NCBI GenBank assembly: GCA_964509485.1
Contig: CAZDXW010000006.1
Location: 1 to 46,433, forward strand
Reading direction: 5' to 3'
Length of the DNA stretch: 46,433 bases
Source of the DNA: an uncultured Christensenella sp.
Lineage (GTDB): Bacteria > Bacillota > Clostridia > Christensenellales > CAG-138
In this document: positions 42,229 through 46,433 of the stretch, in pieces
How the letters are laid out: each line of letters opens with the position of its first letter
How positions within the stretch are numbered: the stretch's first letter is position 1
The notes under the pieces: model-generated
The model's input: the letters and a program-made list of their open reading frames with translations, nothing else
What the model was told of the DNA's origin: nothing
Database searches by the model: none
Translations under genes and position numbers: made by a program

Positions 42229-43107
42229 ATGCAGAAAATCGTTCCGCATCTCTGGTTCGATACCCAGGCCGTTGAAGCCGCAAACTGGTACGTTTCCATC
42301 TTCGAGCACTCGCGCATTCTCCGCGTCTCCTCGCTGGAGGGCACGCCGTCCGGCCATGTGGACACCGTGGAATTTGAACTCGACGGCGTCGCGTTTTCGG
42401 CCATCAGCGCCGGGCCGTACTTCGAATTCAACGCGTCCGTCTCGCTGATGGTCACCTGCCGTTCGCCGGAGGAGGTCGACCGACTCTACGCGAGCCTTTC
42501 GCAGGGCGCAACGGAGCTGATGCCGCTCGGCGAATACCCGTTTAGCAAGCGCTATGTCTGGCTGGCCGACCGTTATGGCCTGAACTGGCAGCTCACCTGC
42601 TTTGAAACCGACGAAATCGCGCAGAAAATCCGCCCGAACCTGCTCTTTGCGGGGGATGCCTGCGGAGAGGTTGAGGCGGCACTTGCGTTTTACGAAAAGG
42701 TGTTTCCTGGTGCCTCTGTCGGGTACGTCAACCACTATGCCCCCGGCGAAGCGCAGGACACGCGCGCAAAGATCAACTATGCCGAACTCTCGCTATTTGG
42801 ATTCCAGTTTGTGCTGATGGATCATGGTATGGGCGGGGACGAAGCGTTCAGCGAGGCGTTTTCGTTTCTGGTCAACTGCGACGATCAGGCGGAGATTGAC
42901 GCGTACTGGTCTGCACTCTCCGCCGTGCCGGAAGCCGAGCAGTGCGGCTGGCTCAAGGATCGCTTCGGGGTATCGTGGCAGATTGTTCCGGCGAACATGT
43001 CAAGCGTGCTCGCGTCCCTGTCCGGCGAGGCAAAACAGCGCTATACGGAAGCGTTTTTGCAGATGAAGAAACTCGACATCGCCGCCCTGCAGCGCGCCGC
43101 CGAATAA
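42229..43107 (+). CDS. Tandem VOC/glyoxalase-fold protein (two PhnB / 3-demethylubiquinone-methyltransferase-like domains)
   Basis: 292 aa. Repeat 1: KIVPHLWFDTQAVEAANWYVSIF...YVWLADRYGLNWQL. Repeat 2: KIRPNLLFAGDACGEVEAALAFYEKVF...CGWLKDRFGVSWQIVP. This is the typical PF06983-type pattern, seen twice. Confidence 0.75.
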   Translation: MQKIVPHLWFDTQAVEAANWYVSIFEHSRILRVSSLEGTPSGHVDTVEFELDGVAFSAISAGPYFEFNASVSLMVTCRSPEEVDRLYASLSQGATELMPLGEYPFSKRYVWLADRYGLNWQLTCFETDEIAQKIRPNLLFAGDACGEVEAALAFYEKVFPGASVGYVNHYAPGEAQDTRAKINYAELSLFGFQFVLMDHGMGGDEAFSEAFSFLVNCDDQAEIDAYWSALSAVPEAEQCGWLKDRFGVSWQIVPANMSSVLASLSGEAKQRYTEAFLQMKKLDIAALQRAAE

Positions 43108-43141
43108 CCGCCGAAAAAGCCCGAACCAAACGAGGATTTCG

Positions 43142-43930
43142 ATGAAACTACTAATGATCAACAGCAGCGCCCGCGTCGGCGGCAACACCGCGCGCGTGAT
43201 GGATCTCTACGAAGAGGCGTTTTCCGAGCTCGCGCGCGAGCTCGGCGTCGAGATTGAGACGGAGCAAGTGAGCCTTTCGCGTCTTTCGCTGAAAACCTGC
43301 CTCGGCTGCCGCGCGTGCTTTGATCTTGGCGAGGAGAAATGCCCGCTTCACGACGAGCTGCTGTCCCTGCGGGATCGGCTGCTCGCGGCGGACGGGTACG
43401 TGATCGCCAGTCCCGTCTACGTGGAGGACGTCAACGGCGTGATGAAGAACTGGATCGACCGCATGGCGTTCACCTCGCACCGCCCGGCTCTCTTTGGTAA
43501 AGCCGCACTGCTCTACACCACCTCCGGCATCGGCTCTTCGAACCACGCGCTTCGTACCATGCAAACCGCCTTTGGCACCTGGGCCATGAAGACCATCGGC
43601 GGCGGAAAGTATCGGCTAGGCGCAATCACGGAACCGGAGGAAATACGCAGGCGCTACGCAAAACAGATTTCACGTTCCGCGCGTCGGCTGGTCGGCTCCA
43701 TTCGGAAAAAGCCGTTCCGCCCTTCCCTCTACTCGCTGATCGCATTCACCGTTCAGCAAACCTACTGGCGCAGGGACAAGGCGTATTTCAACACCTACGA
43801 CTATGCGTTCTGGAACAACACTGGCTGGCTGGACAGTGGCAGGCGCTACTATGACCCTGCCATGGCACGTTCGCTACGTGCAATTGTCGCGCGATTGTTT
43901 GGCAAATTCGTTGCCCTGTTCTTTGGTTGA
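43142..43930 (+). CDS. Flavodoxin-like fold NAD(P)H-dependent FMN reductase / iron-sulfur-flavoprotein-like protein
   Basis: 262 aa. MKLLMINSSARVGGNT, CLGCRACF...CPLHDE, and ADGYVIASPVYVEDVNGVMKNWIDRM, followed by a ~90-aa C-terminal extension. Confidence 0.75.
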   Translation: MKLLMINSSARVGGNTARVMDLYEEAFSELARELGVEIETEQVSLSRLSLKTCLGCRACFDLGEEKCPLHDELLSLRDRLLAADGYVIASPVYVEDVNGVMKNWIDRMAFTSHRPALFGKAALLYTTSGIGSSNHALRTMQTAFGTWAMKTIGGGKYRLGAITEPEEIRRRYAKQISRSARRLVGSIRKKPFRPSLYSLIAFTVQQTYWRRDKAYFNTYDYAFWNNTGWLDSGRRYYDPAMARSLRAIVARLFGKFVALFFG

Positions 43931-43956
43931 ACGAGCGAACGCAACTGGAGAAACCA

Positions 43957-45069
43957 ATGTTTGATCAACTGGATTTATTTGTCTATTCCGGCACGGGCAA
44001 CACCTATCAGGTCGCGAAATGCCTGCGCGACGCCGCGAGCCGTCAGGGTCTGCAAGGCACCCTTCGCACCATCGACAGAAGCGCAAAGCCGCAGGCATAC
44101 CAACCGCGTGGGCAGACGCTACTTGGATTATTGTCGCCAACCATTGGCGCAATCCAGCCGCCGAGCTTCTTTTGGTTTGTACTTGGCCTTCCAAAGGGCA
44201 ATCGCCAGCGCGTGTTCCTCGCCGCAACCGGCGCCTGGACGCGAATTGGCCGCCTGTTCGTTCCCGGCTATGTCGGCTTTGGCCTGTACCTCGCCGCGCT
44301 GATGCTGCTCTTGAAGGGATACCGCGTGGTCGGCATCAACGGCTTTGGCATGGCGCAGAACTGGACGACGCTCCTTCCGCCGTACAGCTCGTCTCTGGAA
44401 CAGCGCATCAACGGGGATATTCATGAGACGACGGAGTACTTCCTCGCGGAACTGCTCAACGGAAAACGCGTCTACCGCCGCATCGTCGATCTGGTCATCA
44501 CGCTGCTGATCTTTCCGCTGCCGCTGCTGTTTCTGCTGCTCGGCCATCGATTTCTGGCAAAGACGATGTTTGCGGGTTCGAGCTGCAACGGCTGCGGACT
44601 CTGCGCCGAGCGCTGCCCGCAAAAGGCAATTCGCATGTACGGCGGCGAGCAGAAACGTCCGTTTTGGACGTTCTCCTGCGAGCAATGCATGCGCTGCGCC
44701 GCATATTGCCCGCAAAAGGCGGTCGAGAGCAATACGCTTACCTACGCGGCATTCATCGCGCTCTACTCCGCTCTGCCGGTCGAGGCGCTGCTGCTGCAAT
44801 GGTTTCGGCAGAGCGTTTTCGCGGTCGTATCGCCCGTTGTGGCGGTTCTCATCTGGCTGGTCGCGAACACCGTGCTCCTGCTGCTCGGCGCCGCCGTTTC
44901 TGACGGGCTATATCTGCTGGGCCGGATTTCCGCCGTCAACCGGTTCTACACGTTCGTTTCATTCTCGCGCTTCTGGCGCAAGTACCGGCAGACAAGCGTT
45001 TCGATATCCGAACTGGCCCCAGCATCCAAAACAACGGCATCCACTCCCAAGAACACGACTCTTGAGTAA
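43957..45069 (+). CDS. Membrane-associated flavodoxin-like / 2x[4Fe-4S] ferredoxin protein (EFR1-family-like)
   Basis: Start trimmed to ATG 43957 (GGAG RBS; the track ORF begins at a TTG overlapping the previous stop). N-terminus LFVYSGTGNTYQVAKCL. Two clusters: CNGCGLCAERCP and CEQCMRCAAYCP. Several hydrophobic helices (e.g. LVITLLIFPLPLLFLLLG, VVAVLIWLVANTVLLLLGAAV). Confidence 0.65.
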   Translation: MFDQLDLFVYSGTGNTYQVAKCLRDAASRQGLQGTLRTIDRSAKPQAYQPRGQTLLGLLSPTIGAIQPPSFFWFVLGLPKGNRQRVFLAATGAWTRIGRLFVPGYVGFGLYLAALMLLLKGYRVVGINGFGMAQNWTTLLPPYSSSLEQRINGDIHETTEYFLAELLNGKRVYRRIVDLVITLLIFPLPLLFLLLGHRFLAKTMFAGSSCNGCGLCAERCPQKAIRMYGGEQKRPFWTFSCEQCMRCAAYCPQKAVESNTLTYAAFIALYSALPVEALLLQWFRQSVFAVVSPVVAVLIWLVANTVLLLLGAAVSDGLYLLGRISAVNRFYTFVSFSRFWRKYRQTSVSISELAPASKTTASTPKNTTLE

Positions 45070-45087
45070 TCGGTTAGGAGAACCCGC

Positions 45088-46433
45088 ATGACACAAACCA
45101 AGTTTCAGCAACACATGAACCAAACGCTGCAGGAAAAAACGATTCTGGAGCAAGCGAAGCAGTACGCCTTTGACTATCTGGACGGCGTGTCCGACCGGCG
45201 CGTTTCGCCGGATAGCGACGCCCTCTCTGGTTTGACCGCCTTCGACGAACCGATGCCGCAGCAGCCGCAGCAACCCGCGGAGATTCTCGCGCAGCTGCAA
45301 ACCTACGGCGCGCCCGCAACCTGCGCGCAGGGCGGCGGACGATACTTCGGCTTCGTCAACGGCGGAATCACGCCTGCGGGGCTTGCCGCACGCTGGATGG
45401 CGGACGCTTGGGATCAGAACTGCGGACTATACGTGATGTCCCCCATCGCCTCCAAACTGGAGGATGTCTGCGAGCGTTGGCTGGTCGATCTGCTCGGCCT
45501 GCCGCAAGGCACCGCCGCCGGGTTCGTCAGTGGCTCCTCCACCGCCATCATCTGCGCGCTTGCCACCGCTAGAAACGAGCTATTTGCGCGGCAAGGCTGG
45601 AATGTCTCCGAGCAGGGCTTATGGGGCGCGCCGCCCGTCCGCGTGGTGCTTGGTGAGCAGGCGCATTCCTCCGTTTTCAAGGCGCTCTCGCTGCTCGGCA
45701 TGGGCAAGCAGATGGTCACCCTCGCTCCGGTGGACGCGCAGGGACGTATGTTGCCGGATCGTCTGCCCGAGCTCGACCAAAATACGCTGCTCATTCTGCA
45801 GGCGGGCAACGTCAACAGCGGCGCGTTTGACCCGCTCGACGCGCTCTGCGCCCGCGCAAACGAAGTCGGCGCCTGGGTGCATGTCGACGGCGCGTTCGGG
45901 CTTTGGGCGAATGCTTCCGAGCAAACGCGGCATCTGGTACGCGGCGTGGAACGCGCGGATTCCTGGTCGACGGACGCGCACAAAACACTCAACGCGCCTT
46001 ACGACAGCGGCATTGTCTTCGTGAAGGATCGCGCGGCTCTCGTGCGCGCCATGCAGGCTACCGGATCATACCTGCTCTACAGCGACCAGCGCGACGGCAT
46101 GCTCTATACGCCGGAAATGTCCCGCCGCGCGCGGAGCATCGAGCTCTGGGCGACGCTAAAGGGCTTCGGTCAATCCGGCGTCGGCGAACTCGTGGACTCG
46201 CTCTGCGAAAACGCGCGGTACTTTGCCGGACAGCTTTTTAAATACGGGTTCCGGATTCAGAACGACGTCGTGTTCAATCAGGTACTCGTTGGCTGCGACT
46301 CTCCAGAGGAAACAAAGGCGACACTCGCCCACTTGCAGGCAAACGGCGTCTGCTGGTGCGGTGGCGCGGTCTGGAAATCGGAGCCGGTCATCCGCATCAG
46401 CGTCTGCTCCTGGCGGACGACAAAAGAGGATAT
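45088..46433 (+). CDS. PLP-dependent group II decarboxylase family protein (3' end beyond the window)
   Basis: My own translation from ATG 45088 (AGGAG RBS at 45076-45080) stays open to the end of the window. It includes GGRYFGFVNGG, GFVSGSSTAIICAL, WVHVDGAFGLWA and the PLP-lysine motif SWSTDAHKTLNAPYDSG. It is not in the supplied track because no stop falls within the window. Confidence 0.8.
   Translation, partial: MTQTKFQQHMNQTLQEKTILEQAKQYAFDYLDGVSDRRVSPDSDALSGLTAFDEPMPQQPQQPAEILAQLQTYGAPATCAQGGGRYFGFVNGGITPAGLAARWMADAWDQNCGLYVMSPIASKLEDVCERWLVDLLGLPQGTAAGFVSGSSTAIICALATARNELFARQGWNVSEQGLWGAPPVRVVLGEQAHSSVFKALSLLGMGKQMVTLAPVDAQGRMLPDRLPELDQNTLLILQAGNVNSGAFDPLDALCARANEVGAWVHVDGAFGLWANASEQTRHLVRGVERADSWSTDAHKTLNAPYDSGIVFVKDRAALVRAMQATGSYLLYSDQRDGMLYTPEMSRRARSIELWATLKGFGQSGVGELVDSLCENARYFAGQLFKYGFRIQNDVVFNQVLVGCDSPEETKATLAHLQANGVCWCGGAVWKSEPVIRISVCSWRTTKED

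Noticed and set aside
37151-46433. The Arr-containing region as a horizontally acquired mobile resistance cassette.
   Set aside because: I saw no integrase, transposase, attC-like repeats, flanking direct repeats or tRNA. Base composition and RBS style look the same as the rest of the window by eye. A proper compositional test was not run.
1-46433. Search for CRISPR arrays, tRNA/rRNA genes, IS elements, prophage or toxin-antitoxin/defence modules.
   Set aside because: I found no regularly spaced repeats, cloverleaf-like sequences, terminal inverted repeats or recognisable defence-protein motifs (nuclease, helicase, Sir2 or TIR). The only repeats are the short operator-like ones and the paralogous esterase genes reported above.

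Overview
GC-rich chromosomal segment with Firmicutes/Clostridia-style content (GGAGG-type ribosome binding sites; YesL/YesM/YesN and LplABC-type sugar-uptake genes). I call about 40 CDS. I saw no rRNA, tRNA, CRISPR array, transposase or integrase. Many long ORFs in the track are antisense shadows of real genes, expected in GC-rich DNA, and several track ORFs carry spurious N-terminal extensions that I trimmed to the start codon with a Shine-Dalgarno. The window has three blocks. (1) 1-4592, minus strand: a TetR-headed operon of tocopherol-cyclase-like protein, DUF362/Cys-rich/membrane protein and tungsten-type aldehyde:ferredoxin oxidoreductase (AOR). The AOR is absent from the track because it has a GTG start and runs off the window. 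A MarR gene, an alpha/beta-hydrolase fused to a polytopic membrane domain, and a YesL-like protein follow. (2) 8423-36945: an esterase-dense carbohydrate locus. It holds 13 ester-hydrolase-fold genes: esterase-D/CE1-like, PHB-depolymerase/LpqC-like including three tandem paralogs, two beta-lactamase-fold serine hydrolases, a sialate-O-acetylesterase-like enzyme and a CE2-like SGNH enzyme. The only glycosidic-bond enzyme is a GH13_18 sucrose-phosphorylase-family protein. The locus also has a LacI regulator, an ABC importer (two permeases and a divergent lipoprotein binding protein, no ATPase), an MFS transporter, a Gfo/Idh/MocA oxidoreductase and a YesM/YesN-type two-component system. None of the esterases has a signal peptide, and three esterase-fold modules have lost the nucleophile serine. 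(3) 37151-46433, plus strand: small-molecule modification and redox genes. The most notable is a single ORF fusing an isochorismatase/cysteine-hydrolase domain to a rifampin ADP-ribosyltransferase (Arr) domain. The rest are a tandem GNAT, a TfoX_N-like protein, DJ-1/PfpI, HD, a tandem VOC, a flavodoxin-like protein, a membrane 4Fe-4S ferredoxin and a 3'-truncated PLP decarboxylase. All product calls rest on motif recognition from memory. No database search was run.
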